Below, one piece after another: positions 17,917 through 28,083 of a DNA stretch of 64,000 nt. The stretch lies in NCBI GenBank assembly GCA_038999725.1, contig JAWBWS010000004.1:717-64716 (forward strand), read 5' to 3'. The notes below the pieces were generated by a model. That model was not told where the DNA came from and ran no database searches. It worked only from the letters and a program-made list of their open reading frames with translations. This stretch comes from Candidatus Aenigmatarchaeota archaeon. GTDB taxonomy: Archaea > Aenigmatarchaeota > Aenigmatarchaeia > CG10238-14 > SCSR01. The translations under genes and the position numbers were made by a program. Position 1 is the first letter of the stretch, and every line of letters starts with the position of its first letter.

Positions 17917-19181
17917 GGATGAGGATAAGTGACGCCATAAGCCTTTCTCTGAGAAATCTTTCTCAAAGAGGTTTGAGGAGTTGGCTCACTATTTTAGGGA
18001 TAGTTATAGGAATAGCTGCAGTTGTAAGCATACTTTCTGTTGGTGAGGGCATGAAGGAAAGCATCTCTTCTCAACTCAGTAGTTTGGGTGGAGATTTGGT
18101 AACAATTTCACCTGGTGCAACAAGGGCAAGAGGAGAATTTGCTGATGTGAGAACATTTTTTCAAGCAAGATTTGGAAGGGTTGATGTGAAGCTTAATGAT
18201 AAAGATATTCAAGTAATCAAATCAATCCCTGAAGTGAAATATGTTTCTGGAGTAGTTTCTGGAAGAGCTGAATTGAGCTACTTGGGAGAAAAAGTTTATG
18301 TTATGGTTCAGGCTGTGGATGAAAAAGTTTGGAAAGATATGATTAATCTTGAGGTTGAAGATGGAAGAAATTTGATGTCAGGGGATGTTGATGTTGTTGT
18401 GATTGGAAATTATGTTGCCAATAGAATGTTTAAAAATCCAATTTCACTAAACTCTCAAATAAATGTTGCAGGAAAATCTTTCAGAGTTGTTGGAATTTTG
18501 AAAGCTTCTAGTGGTGTTGGTGGGATGATAGGAATCGATAATTCAATTTACATACCTTTGGCTTCAGCAAAAACTGTTTTAAATGTAACCTCAAGTGAGT
18601 ACAATTCAATTCTTGTTAAGGTCAGTAATGTTGAAATTGTGGATGAAATTGTAGAAAGAATTGACAAGCTTTTAATGCTTTCAAGGAAAGTCACAGAAGA
18701 TACAAAAGATTACACCATAACTTCAGTTAAAAGCATCCAAGAAAGAGTCTTGAGTGTGACAGGAACTTTGAATTTCTTCCTAGCTGGAATAGCGGCAATT
18801 TCCTTGATAGTTGGGGCTGTTGGTATTGCTAACACGATGTTTATGTCAGTGATGGAGAGAACAAGGCAAATTGGTACTCTAAAAGCTTTGGGGGCAACAG
18901 ATTATGAAGTTATGTTACTATTCTTGATAGAATCAGGATTTATAGGCTTGGTTGGGGGTTTGATAGGAATTTCTTCAGGCTTCATAGTTTCTGGAATAAT
19001 TTCTGAAATTGGAATTAGGATGCTGGGGATGGGTGGCATGGCTCAAACAGTTGTTTATATTTCACCTCAACTTATCCTCTTCACAATCAGCTTCTCAGTT
19101 TTGATAGGGGTTATTTCTGGTTTGTTGCCTGCAAGAAGGGCAGCAAAGCTACAGCCAGTTGAAGCTTTGAGATATGAGTAA
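17913..19181 (+). CDS. ABC transporter permease (MacB/FtsX family)
   Basis: RSWLTILGIVIGI, GIANTMFMSVMERTRQIG, PARRAAKLQPVEALRYE. Confidence 0.95.
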   Translation: MRMRISDAISLSLRNLSQRGLRSWLTILGIVIGIAAVVSILSVGEGMKESISSQLSSLGGDLVTISPGATRARGEFADVRTFFQARFGRVDVKLNDKDIQVIKSIPEVKYVSGVVSGRAELSYLGEKVYVMVQAVDEKVWKDMINLEVEDGRNLMSGDVDVVVIGNYVANRMFKNPISLNSQINVAGKSFRVVGILKASSGVGGMIGIDNSIYIPLASAKTVLNVTSSEYNSILVKVSNVEIVDEIVERIDKLLMLSRKVTEDTKDYTITSVKSIQERVLSVTGTLNFFLAGIAAISLIVGAVGIANTMFMSVMERTRQIGTLKALGATDYEVMLLFLIESGFIGLVGGLIGISSGFIVSGIISEIGIRMLGMGGMAQTVVYISPQLILFTISFSVLIGVISGLLPARRAAKLQPVEALRYE

Positions 19182-19212
19182 AATTATTCTTATCTTATGA
19201 GAAAAATTAATT

Positions 19213-19836
19213 ATGGCGTTTGAAGGTATTTTTGAAGCAATTTCCAGACTACCTTACTATTCTCAAATTTCTTCAATAATTGGAGAACCATTTTTTAAAA
19301 TTTTCACATTCACCTTTATTCTTTTCATTTTTGGTATGATAATGTGGGAATTTTATTCCACGCTAGGTGAAAGAGACTTGTTCAAGATAAAAATAGAGCC
19401 TCAAGCAGGCAAGTGGAAAAAGATTAAAGAAATCCTATTCTTCATCTTCAAATACACTATTGCCTTCCCATTTTACACCTTCTTCTGGTTTATTATATTT
19501 TCCATCTTCCTCATATTTCTCGCCAAATCAGTGAACGTGCAAGAAATTTTCTTAATTTCAATTGCCATGATATCCTTTGTTAGAATAACAGCTTATTACA
19601 AAGAAGAGCTTGCCGTATTTGTGGCCCAAGTGATACCTGCTACCTTTCTTGTTATTTTCTTGACAGATCCTACATTCTTTTCAATCGACCTTATACTTGC
19701 TAGATGGGAAGAGTTTCTCTCTTCCTTCCCAGGATTTTTGTACTATCTTCTTTTCACAATATGCCTTGAATGGTTGTTGAGAATTTTTTATTTGCTCAAA
19801 CTTGCAATTCTTAAAAAAATAAGGGAAAATTGGTAA
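19213..19836 (+). CDS. Hypothetical multi-pass membrane protein
   Basis: 207 aa with about 5 TM segments. Confidence 0.7.
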   Translation: MAFEGIFEAISRLPYYSQISSIIGEPFFKIFTFTFILFIFGMIMWEFYSTLGERDLFKIKIEPQAGKWKKIKEILFFIFKYTIAFPFYTFFWFIIFSIFLIFLAKSVNVQEIFLISIAMISFVRITAYYKEELAVFVAQVIPATFLVIFLTDPTFFSIDLILARWEEFLSSFPGFLYYLLFTICLEWLLRIFYLLKLAILKKIRENW

Positions 19837-19915
19837 AGGAAAATGATTTAACCACATCAGTGGCAATTTGTTATTCTGTTGGTGTGAATTAGCTACAAGA
19901 ACCATAGATTAAAAT

Positions 19916-20431
19916 TTAACCTTTCTCCAAGAGCTTTCTTTCCATTTCCACAAATTCTTTATGCTTGCCTTCAATTTCACTTAAAGTTTTCTTAATCCTC
20001 TCATGCTCTTTTTTCAGCTCTTCAGGAATTGGCAACTTCTTTTTTAAGTAATAGTTATAGAGAGCTTCATGCAAAGCATCTATAGCTAGAATTGAGCAAT
20101 GAATCTTGAAGGGTGGTAAAGGTTTGCCAAGTTTTTTTATCAAATCTTCTTTTTTGATTTTCATCACTTCTTCTAAAGTTTTTCCCTTCACCATTGTTGT
20201 AAGCATGCTACTGTTGGCAATGGCAACAATGCATCCAAAAGTCTCAAATTTTATATCTTTGATTATTTTTTTCCCTCTTTTTTCTTCAATTTTCAAATAG
20301 AGTCTCATCACATCCCCACAAACAAGATTCCCAGCCTCACCAATTGCATCAGGATTTTTAATTTTACCCATGTTTCTTGGTTCTTTGAAATGTCGGATTA
20401 TTTGCTTAGAGTAGGGGAAAAACTGTTTCAC
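19916..20431 (-). CDS. iscU: Fe-S cluster scaffold IscU/NifU-N
   Basis: GNLVCGD, FETFGC, KIHCSILA. Confidence 0.92.
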   Translation of the reverse strand: MKQFFPYSKQIIRHFKEPRNMGKIKNPDAIGEAGNLVCGDVMRLYLKIEEKRGKKIIKDIKFETFGCIVAIANSSMLTTMVKGKTLEEVMKIKKEDLIKKLGKPLPPFKIHCSILAIDALHEALYNYYLKKKLPIPEELKKEHERIKKTLSEIEGKHKEFVEMERKLLEKG

Positions 20432-20432
20432 A

Positions 20433-21596
20433 TCACCACTTTTTCTTGTAGGGGGAAATTTCCCTTAACTTTGCCACAATTCCTGGTAGAACTTTTAAAA
20501 CATAATCAACTTCCCTTTCACTAGACCATCTTCCCAAACTAAGCCTTAGGCTTCCATGGGCTTCATGAGGCTTCAATCCAATGGCAAGCAATACATGACT
20601 TGGTTCAAGAGATTCGGAAGAACAAGCAGAACCTGTTGAAGCTGCTATCCCTTTCATGTCCAAATAAGTTACTAAACTTTCACCTTCTATGAAATCAAAT
20701 CTAAAGTTAGCATTGTTTGGTAATCTTTTTTTCGGGTGACCGTTCAAGTAAGATTTTTCTATTTTTAATACCCCTTTTATCAACTTATCCCTAAGCTTGG
20801 TAAGCCTCTTGGCTTCAGACTTCATCTCTTTCCTTGCAATTTCGGCCGCAACACCAAAACCAACTATACCAGCAACATTAACTGTGCTGGAGCGCAACCC
20901 AAACTCATGGCCCCCACCATGAAGCAGTGGCTCAATTTTTACCCCATCGTTAAGATACAATGCCCCAACACCTTTCGGCCCATACATCTTGTGAGCACTA
21001 ACTGTTAACAAATCGACTTTCATCTTCTCTACATCAACTGGAATTTTTCCATAGCTTTGGGCAGCATCTGTGTGGAAGTAAACCCCTTTTCTTCTGCAAA
21101 TTTTTCCTATTTCTTCTATTGGCTCTATCGTTCCAATTTCATTGTTTGCATGCATGATTGAAACCAAAATTGTGTCTTTCCTTATAGCATTTTCCACATC
21201 TTCAGGATTCACAAGACCATATTTATCCACAGGTAGATAAGTGACTTGAAAACCCTGAGTTTCAAGCCAACGAGCAGCTTCTAGTATACAGTGATGCTCT
21301 ATTGCTGAAACTATTATGTGGTTTCCCTTGTCACGATTGGCAAAAGCTATTCCCTTCAAAGCAAAGTTGTTTGCTTCGGTTGCACTGCTGGTAAAAACTA
21401 CTTTACCGTTTTTAGCATTCATCAACTTCGCAACTTTTTCTCTGGAATCTTCTAAAGCTCTCTTGGCTTCTTGGCCGAAAGAGTGTAAACTCATGCTATT
21501 TCCAAATTTCTTTGAAAAGTATGGTAGCATAGCCTTCAAAACTCTTGGATCTACAGGCGTGGTTGCTGCATAGTCCATATAAACTCTCATTTTCAC
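20433..21596 (-). CDS. iscS: Cysteine desulfurase IscS/NifS
   Basis: YMDYAATT, HTDAAQ, SAHKMYGPKG, STGSACSS. Confidence 0.95.
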   Translation of the reverse strand: MKMRVYMDYAATTPVDPRVLKAMLPYFSKKFGNSMSLHSFGQEAKRALEDSREKVAKLMNAKNGKVVFTSSATEANNFALKGIAFANRDKGNHIIVSAIEHHCILEAARWLETQGFQVTYLPVDKYGLVNPEDVENAIRKDTILVSIMHANNEIGTIEPIEEIGKICRRKGVYFHTDAAQSYGKIPVDVEKMKVDLLTVSAHKMYGPKGVGALYLNDGVKIEPLLHGGGHEFGLRSSTVNVAGIVGFGVAAEIARKEMKSEAKRLTKLRDKLIKGVLKIEKSYLNGHPKKRLPNNANFRFDFIEGESLVTYLDMKGIAASTGSACSSESLEPSHVLLAIGLKPHEAHGSLRLSLGRWSSEREVDYVLKVLPGIVAKLREISPYKKKW

Positions 21597-21698
21597 AACC
21601 TCAAAACACTTTTTCTCCTAAAACCTTTCTTGTAAATTCTTTTATACCTCTTCTTTTTTTCAGGGAATTCTATTTTATCAACATCAAAGCCCATCAAA

Positions 21699-21995
21699 TC
21701 ATCCTTTCCTACAATATTCACAAACTATTTTCTGAAAGCTTGATCTCTTGAAAGTTTTGCTCTCAATTGCTTTAACGATTTCTTCAGAAATTTTTCTTGC
21801 AGCCTTACTTTTTTCCAGCTTTTTTATTTCCTTCGTGTATTTTCCAGACAAATACTTGCTTATTGCTGCTTGAGTTAAGCCAAGCTTTTTTGCTATTTCT
21901 TCCTGCTTTAGGCCTTTAGCATAGAGTAACTTTGCTGTTCTCACTCTAACAGCTGGAATTATTTGTCTTACCATGACTTCACAAAGCACAGACAT
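21699..21995 (-). CDS. HTH transcriptional regulator upstream of iscSU
   Basis: QEEIAKKLGLTQAAISKYL HTH; N-terminal CE and C-terminal CEYC. Confidence 0.85.
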   Translation of the reverse strand: MSVLCEVMVRQIIPAVRVRTAKLLYAKGLKQEEIAKKLGLTQAAISKYLSGKYTKEIKKLEKSKAARKISEEIVKAIESKTFKRSSFQKIVCEYCRKG

Positions 21996-22107
21996 GATAA
22001 TTTTTTACAACTTGGTTATATTTATGCTTTAAAGTCAGCTTTAAATCTTCTAGAAAAAAGATTTTTAAATGAAGTATTTAAGATTAATTTAAGGAGTTTG
22101 AAAGTGT

Positions 22108-22310
22108 GCGCCAGTAGTCTAGTCTGGTAGGACACGAGAAGTTTTTCGTGAACTTCCCAAGTTTGGAGAGAGCTTGGGACCCGGGTTCAAATTTGAGTGA
22201 GGATATGTTTAAAGTTTTGATAAGAATAGGTTTAAAATACAAATAGGTTTTACATCTTGAGAAAATGCTAAAATTGCTGTCCTCACTCAATGAAAATCCC
22301 GGCTGGCGCA
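22108..22310 (+). tRNA. tRNA-Gly(CCC) with three introns (22139-22152, 22160-22170, 22192-22296)
   Basis: Acceptor GCGCCAG/CTGGCGC-A; removing the introns gives CGAGC-TT-CCC-AA-GCTTG and CCGGG-TTCAAAT-CCCGG; each intron fits BHB-type geometry. Confidence 0.9.
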
Positions 22311-22565
22311 CTTAATCCATGCTTCAATTCTCTTTTTCCTAAGACTAAGTCAAACCAAAAACTCTTCCCATAAATTCTCAAATTTTCTAAACATTTTATC
22401 TCTAAGTTTTTCGAATTCAGACTTAAACTACTTGATTCTGTTGAAAGACTCTATCTTTAGAAAATGGAAGATTAGAATAAATAAAATTAAGTTGAGTATA
22501 ATAATAATTATGAAAAAGAAGGAGGTTGACAAAATTGAAATTTTGTCCAAATTCCTGAAAAAGAG

Positions 22566-22955
22566 TTGAAAAGAGAGTTAAGAAAACTGATTAAAAATAT
22601 GAAATGGAGATATGCTAGTTTTTTCCATAGATATACTGTATTGCTTAGAAAAAAAGGCTTGAAGATAGATTTAAGGCACGAGTATGTTGCAAAAGACAAT
22701 CCTGAAAAATTCCATGCTACAAAAAGAGATTTGTCTAGACTTTACGATTTGATGAAGGAGTACATTAGGAGGCATGGTAAAGTAGAACTTTTCAGCCAAC
22801 AATTAAAGTTGACTCCATATGCTATTCTGGATGGATATAAATATTGGTTTCATCCAAGCAGCGGTACAGAATGTGACGACATATCTCCAGTTTTAAACAG
22901 AAAACCATTGAAGGGATATGGAAAAATCACAATTCGCAAGTCAAAAAAAGTTTAA
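22566..22955 (+). CDS. Hypothetical protein
   Basis: 129-aa ORF with RHEY, DGYKYW and LNRK motifs; start uncertain. Confidence 0.6.
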   Translation: MKRELRKLIKNMKWRYASFFHRYTVLLRKKGLKIDLRHEYVAKDNPEKFHATKRDLSRLYDLMKEYIRRHGKVELFSQQLKLTPYAILDGYKYWFHPSSGTECDDISPVLNRKPLKGYGKITIRKSKKV

Positions 22956-22989
22956 AAACTATTAACCAAAAAATTAAGAGAGTGGTGAA

Positions 22990-23352
22990 ATGAAGCCAAC
23001 AGGACCAACAAACCCTTACTTGAAGCAGCTTGTAGAAGAGTTGAAGCAGAAATCTAGAGAGTTAAAAGCTCCAATTTGGAAAGCTGTGGCCAAAAATCTA
23101 GAGAGGCCTAGAAGAAGAAAGGTCGAAGTAAATGTTTACAAGATAGAGAGAAATGCAAAAGAAAATGAAACTGTAATTGTGCCAGGAGTAGTTTTAGGTA
23201 GTGGTGAGATAAAAAAACCAGTTAGAGTGGCAGCTTGGAGATTCTCACCGCAGGCAGAAGAAAAGATAAGAAAAGCTGGTGGCACCGTGATGAAAATTGA
23301 AGATGTTTTGAAAGAAAATCCTAAAGGTAGTAATGTGAAAATTTTGGTGTGA
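22990..23352 (+). CDS. rpl18e: 50S ribosomal protein L18e
   Basis: TNP, RPRR, VPGVVLGSG, FSPQAEEKI. Confidence 0.96.
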   Translation: MKPTGPTNPYLKQLVEELKQKSRELKAPIWKAVAKNLERPRRRKVEVNVYKIERNAKENETVIVPGVVLGSGEIKKPVRVAAWRFSPQAEEKIRKAGGTVMKIEDVLKENPKGSNVKILV

Positions 23353-23355
23353 GTC

Positions 23356-23778
23356 ATGATAATCTATGATGCAGAGAATCAGATTCTGGGAAGAATTTGC
23401 TCAAAGATAGCAAAAGATTTGCTGAATGGAGAGAAGGTTTTTGTTGTGAATTGTGAAAAAGCTGTTGTTTCTGGAAACCCAAAGCACATTCAAAAAAGAT
23501 ACTTGGAGAAGATTTGGCGAGGAGATGTGAAGCATGGCCCCTTCTTTCCGAGAACTCCAGATGGAATTTTCAGGAGAACAGTTCGGGGCATGTTGCCATG
23601 GCATAAAGCCAAAGGCAGGAAAGCTTACAAGAACCTAAAGGTTTTTATTGGTCTTCCGGAAGAATTTAAGGGCAAGGAGCTGAAGAAAGTGAAAGAAGCG
23701 GATGCCTCCAAGCTTAAGACTAAATTCATGAGTTTGGGAGAGATATCCTTAGCTATAGGTGCGAAAAAGAGATGGTAA
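23356..23778 (+). CDS. rpl13: 50S ribosomal protein L13
   Basis: DAENQILGR, GPFFPRTPD, RTVRGMLP. Confidence 0.96.
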   Translation: MIIYDAENQILGRICSKIAKDLLNGEKVFVVNCEKAVVSGNPKHIQKRYLEKIWRGDVKHGPFFPRTPDGIFRRTVRGMLPWHKAKGRKAYKNLKVFIGLPEEFKGKELKKVKEADASKLKTKFMSLGEISLAIGAKKRW

Positions 23779-23811
23779 AAAGTTTTTCTTAGTATTTCTC
23801 AAAATAGAATT

Positions 23812-24492
23812 ATGAAGCTACCCTTGATTCTAATAAATTTCAAGTGTTATGTTTCTGGTAGGAAAGCTTACAGGCTTGCAAAAATTTGTGAAGAGGTAGT
23901 TGAAAAATTTGATGTTAACATAGCAGTTGCTCCCCAGTTCACGGACATAGCGACAATAACAAAAAATTTGAAAATAAGTGTTTTCGCTCAACACATGGAT
24001 GCAATAGAGGAAGGAGCTTTCACAGGCCACATAAGCGGGAAAGCTTTGAAGGAAGCTAAGGTAAATGGGGTTATCCTAAACCATTCTGAGAAAAAAATGG
24101 GCTTGGATGAAATTGAGAAATGTGTGAAAATTGCAAAAAGGTTAAGACTAATCACAGTTTGTTGCGCTAGCAACTTAGAAGAAGGAAAAGAAATAGCAAA
24201 TTTTAAGCCAGATTTCTTGGCTTATGAAGATCCTTTTTTGATTGGGACAGGAAGAGCAATTTCTAGAGTCAAGCCGGATAGTGTGAGAGAATTTGTTGAG
24301 GTTATGGGGAAAATTGAACCTGAAGTAAAGGTTTTGTGTGGAGCTGGAATTTCTTCTGGTGAAGATGTAAAAAAAGCTTTAGAGCTTGGTACTGTAGGCG
24401 TGCTTGTTTCTTCAGCTGTGGTTAAATCAAAAAACCCTAGAAAAGTGTTGGAAGAATTTTGTAAAATTTATAGAATAGAAAATAAAATCTAA
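23812..24492 (+). CDS. tpiA: Triosephosphate isomerase (archaeal type)
   Basis: INFK, AQH, NHSE, AYEDPFLIGTG, LCGAGIS. Confidence 0.95.
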   Translation: MKLPLILINFKCYVSGRKAYRLAKICEEVVEKFDVNIAVAPQFTDIATITKNLKISVFAQHMDAIEEGAFTGHISGKALKEAKVNGVILNHSEKKMGLDEIEKCVKIAKRLRLITVCCASNLEEGKEIANFKPDFLAYEDPFLIGTGRAISRVKPDSVREFVEVMGKIEPEVKVLCGAGISSGEDVKKALELGTVGVLVSSAVVKSKNPRKVLEEFCKIYRIENKI

Positions 24493-24497
24493 TAATT

Positions 24498-25241
24498 ATG
24501 AAGCTGAAAGACAAAGTTGCTGTTGTAACTGGTGCTGGTCAGGGTATAGGAAGAGAAATTGCTCTAGCTTTTGCTAGGGAAGGGGCAAAAGTTGTTGTCA
24601 CAGATATAAGTGGAAAGGAAGAAGAAGTGGCAAGAGAAATAGAAAGTCTGGGAAGGGAGGCTTTAGCTCTAAAGCTTGATGTTTCCAGCAATGAAGATGC
24701 AAAAAAAATGGCAGAAGAAGTCTTGAAGAAATTTGGAAGAATTGACATTCTTGTGAACAATGCTGGAATATTCCCATTCAAGCCTTTTCTCGAGATGGAG
24801 GAAAAAGATTGGGAAAAGGTTTTAAATGTAAACTTGAAGGGGACTTACAATTGCACTAAAGCTGTTGTTGGTGCAATGATTCAGCAAAGGTATGGTAAGA
24901 TAATCAACATTTCTTCAATAGCTGGTTCTGTTGTTGGCTTTCAGCATCTTGTCCACTATTCGGCAAGCAAAGCTGGCATAGTAGGTTTCACAAGAGCTTT
25001 GGCTTTAGAGCTAGCTCCCTTTGGAATAAACGTGAATGCCATAGCTCCTGGTCCAATAGAGACTCCCGGAACAAAAGCTTTAGGTACAGAGATGTACGAG
25101 CAGATAAAGAAAGCTATACCAATAGGAAGATGGGGGAAACCTGAGGATATAGCAAACTTAGCAGTTTTTCTTGCAAGCGATGAATCAAGCCTCATAACAG
25201 GGCAGTGTATAGTTGCAGATGGTGGCTACACACTTCAGTGA
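24498..25241 (+). CDS. SDR family NAD(P)-dependent oxidoreductase (FabG-like)
   Basis: TGAGQGIG, NNAG, YSASK, DGG. Confidence 0.93.
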   Translation: MKLKDKVAVVTGAGQGIGREIALAFAREGAKVVVTDISGKEEEVAREIESLGREALALKLDVSSNEDAKKMAEEVLKKFGRIDILVNNAGIFPFKPFLEMEEKDWEKVLNVNLKGTYNCTKAVVGAMIQQRYGKIINISSIAGSVVGFQHLVHYSASKAGIVGFTRALALELAPFGINVNAIAPGPIETPGTKALGTEMYEQIKKAIPIGRWGKPEDIANLAVFLASDESSLITGQCIVADGGYTLQ

Positions 25242-25249
25242 TATTTTAT

Positions 25250-25739
25250 AAGAAACTTGCGCTGAAGGTATTCGTAAGCTGAAAGAACAGCTTTGGCTCC
25301 TTCGCCAGCCACAATTATCTACTTCCATTTCACATCAGTCACATCACCAGCAGCAAACAAACCAGCTATGTTGGTCTTACAGTTTTGGTCTATATCTATT
25401 TCTCCCTTTTTGCTTAGCTTGGCTTAAGACAGATCATGATTATAACACCTTCTACATTCAATTTCAAAACTTCTTTTGTTTCAAATTCTAGGGTTGTTGA
25501 AGATTTTAACAAAACTAAGTTTTTTCACACTATCCCTTAAGATTTCCTCACTCTTAGGTCTTGGACCAATATGTTTTTCTTTTTGTTGAGATCTTGAAAA
25601 GTTCCTTCTCTTTACTCACTTCTTTCAACATCTGTAGACAAACTGACTTGGCCACCAACATCGAGAGTTACAAGCAGTTATTCCAGCAAGGCTAGCACCA
25701 ACTATGATGCAATCATAAGGCACGATGCTTTTTTTCCAT
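25250..25739 (-). pseudogene. Thioredoxin reductase/AhpF-like flavoprotein remnant
   Basis: Fragments YDCIIVGASLAGITA, LLVTLDVGGQVSLSTDVE and GEIDIDQNCKTNIAGLFAAGDVTDV...GEGAKA, broken by stops and frameshifts, with the middle missing. Confidence 0.75.
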
Positions 25740-25780
25740 AAAATATATTTAGCCAATTAAACAAAATAATTAAGGATACT

Positions 25781-26818
25781 ATGCCGATAAAAGTTGTTGT
25801 CAATGGTGTTGGCACAATTGGAAAAAGAGTTGCCCAAGCAATTAAGCTTCAGGATGATATGAAGCTTGTTGGCATATCAGATGTTGCACCCACAAGCTGG
25901 CTGAGAACTGTACTTGAACCAAAAGGCCCTTTGTACAAAACTGACCTCTACGCTTCCAATCAAGATGGAATGAAGGCTTTGACTGAAGGTGGAATGTATG
26001 TCAAAGGTTTTCTCGAAGACTTGCTAGCCTCTGGTGAAGTTGATGTTGTATGTGATTGCACACCTGCAAAGATTGGAGAGAAGAACAAACCCTTGTACCA
26101 AAAATACAAGGTGAAAATGGTCTTCCAAGGTGGGGAAAAACCTGAGGTTGCTGATTTAAGTTTTGTGGCAATAGCAAATTACGAGAAGGCTTTGAACAAA
26201 GATTCTGTTAGGGTTGTAAGTTGCAACACAACCTCACTTGTAAGGACAATCTTCACCATAGATCAAAAATTTGGAGTAGAAGAGGTTTTTGCTGCTTTGG
26301 TGAGAAGGGCAACAGACCCTTGGGATGAAAGGTCTGGCCCAATAAATGCAATTGTTCCCGAGACTCACGTTCCCTCCCATCAAGGTCCTGATTTACAAAC
26401 AGTGTTGCCTCATATAAACATAAAAACTATGGCAGTGAAAGTTCCTTCAACTTTGGCTCATTTACACATGGTCATAGGCAAAATCAAGAAGCAAGCAAGC
26501 AAGGAAGAGTTCAAAAAAGCTTTTGAAGAGGGTTCAAGGATGATATTGCTCAAGGCTTCTCACGGCTATACTGCAACTTCTGAAATAATAGAGAGATATA
26601 GAGATCTTTGCAGGCCAAGGTATGACATGTATGAAGTTGCGATTTGGGACGAATCTGTAACAGTAGAAAAAAATAGATTCTACTGGATGCACGCCGTACA
26701 TTCAGAAGCCATAGTTATCCCTGAAACTATAGATGCGATAAGAGCAATAACAGGAATTGAAACCGATAAGTTTAAGTCGATAGAAAAAACAAACAAGAGC
26801 TTGGGAATTGAGAAGTGA
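25781..26818 (+). CDS. gap: Glyceraldehyde-3-phosphate dehydrogenase, archaeal type II
   Basis: NGVGTIGKRVA, FQGGEK, RVVSCNTT, PETIDAIRA. Confidence 0.95.
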   Translation: MPIKVVVNGVGTIGKRVAQAIKLQDDMKLVGISDVAPTSWLRTVLEPKGPLYKTDLYASNQDGMKALTEGGMYVKGFLEDLLASGEVDVVCDCTPAKIGEKNKPLYQKYKVKMVFQGGEKPEVADLSFVAIANYEKALNKDSVRVVSCNTTSLVRTIFTIDQKFGVEEVFAALVRRATDPWDERSGPINAIVPETHVPSHQGPDLQTVLPHINIKTMAVKVPSTLAHLHMVIGKIKKQASKEEFKKAFEEGSRMILLKASHGYTATSEIIERYRDLCRPRYDMYEVAIWDESVTVEKNRFYWMHAVHSEAIVIPETIDAIRAITGIETDKFKSIEKTNKSLGIEK

Positions 26819-26822
26819 ACTC

Positions 26823-28058
26823 ATGAAAGAATATTTTACCTTAGAAGATTTTGAGTTAGAGGGAAAAACTGTTCTGTTGAGAGCAGATTTGAATGCACCT
26901 TACAACAAAAAAGAGAAAAGAATAGAAGATTGTGATAGGATAAGGGAGCATGCAAAGACCATAAAATTTTTAATTGAGAAAGGAGCAAAAGTTGTTGTTA
27001 TTGCTCACCAAGGAAGGAAAGGGGAGGAGGATTTCACAAGCTTAGAGCAACATGCGAAACTTTTGAGCAAACATTTGGGAAGAGAAGTAAAATTTGTTAA
27101 TGATGTTATTGGAGAAAAAGCTTTAAATGAAATAAAGAATTTAAAAGAGGGTGAAGTCCTGCTTCTGGAGAATGTAAGGTTTTTGGAAGAGGAAACTCAA
27201 GAGAAAAGTCCTGAGGAACATTCTAAGAGCAAGCTTGTACAAACTTTAGCTCCACTTGCTGATCTTTTCGTTCAAGATGCTTTTTCTGCATCTCACAGGT
27301 CTCATGCTTCTATTGTTGGTTTTGCACCCCTTTTGCCAACAGTTGCTGGTAAAATCATGGAAAAAGAAATAAGCTCAGTGGAAAAGGTTTTGCAGCCTGA
27401 AGCAAATGTTTTCATCCTAGGGGGAGCAAAACCTGATGATTGCTTGAATATAATGGAGCACTTTCTTGAGAAAAAGCTGGAATGTGTGGAAAAAGTTTTG
27501 ACTTGTGGCACTGTTGGTGAAGTCTTCTTGATGGCAAGGGGCTACAAGTTAGGTAAAGCTACAGAAAAATTTTTTGAAGAAAAAGGATTTTTAGACTTAA
27601 TACCTCAGGCAAAAAGGCTTTTGGATGAACATCAAGAAAAAATAGAAATTCCGAAAGATGTTGCTGTGGAAGAGGGAGGGAGAAGAAAAGAGGTTGATAT
27701 AGAAGAACTACCTTCAAGTTCAATGATTCTTGACATAGGAAGGAAAACCATTGAAAATTACGTTAAAATCATAAATAGGGCTAAAACAATAGTTGTGAAA
27801 GGTCCAGCAGGAGTTTATGAAAAAGAGGGGTTTGAAGTTGGAACCAGGGAAATTCTTGAAGCTATAGCCAATTCAAAAGCTTTCAGTTTGATTGGTGGTG
27901 GAGATACCGGGCTAGCAATAGAAAAGCTTGGTATAGGGGGAGAAAAATTCTCTTACATAAGCTTGGGTGGCGGAGCCTTGATAACCTACCTTTCAGGAAA
28001 GCCTATGCCTGGAATAGAAGCCTTGAAACTATCTTACCAGAAATTTAAGGAAAAATAA
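26823..28058 (+). CDS. pgk: Phosphoglycerate kinase
   Basis: RADLNAP, AHQGR, LLENVRF, LGGAKPDD, GGGDT, SLGGGA. Confidence 0.96.
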   Translation: MKEYFTLEDFELEGKTVLLRADLNAPYNKKEKRIEDCDRIREHAKTIKFLIEKGAKVVVIAHQGRKGEEDFTSLEQHAKLLSKHLGREVKFVNDVIGEKALNEIKNLKEGEVLLLENVRFLEEETQEKSPEEHSKSKLVQTLAPLADLFVQDAFSASHRSHASIVGFAPLLPTVAGKIMEKEISSVEKVLQPEANVFILGGAKPDDCLNIMEHFLEKKLECVEKVLTCGTVGEVFLMARGYKLGKATEKFFEEKGFLDLIPQAKRLLDEHQEKIEIPKDVAVEEGGRRKEVDIEELPSSSMILDIGRKTIENYVKIINRAKTIVVKGPAGVYEKEGFEVGTREILEAIANSKAFSLIGGGDTGLAIEKLGIGGEKFSYISLGGGALITYLSGKPMPGIEALKLSYQKFKEK

Positions 28059-28083
28059 AAAGGAAGAACTTCAAATAATTATT

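Noticed and set aside
22192..22296. C/D-box guide RNA or ORF inside the long tRNA-Gly intron
   Set aside because: No CTGA D box; the C-box-like GTGAGGA is buried in the closing stem; too short for a homing endonuclease.
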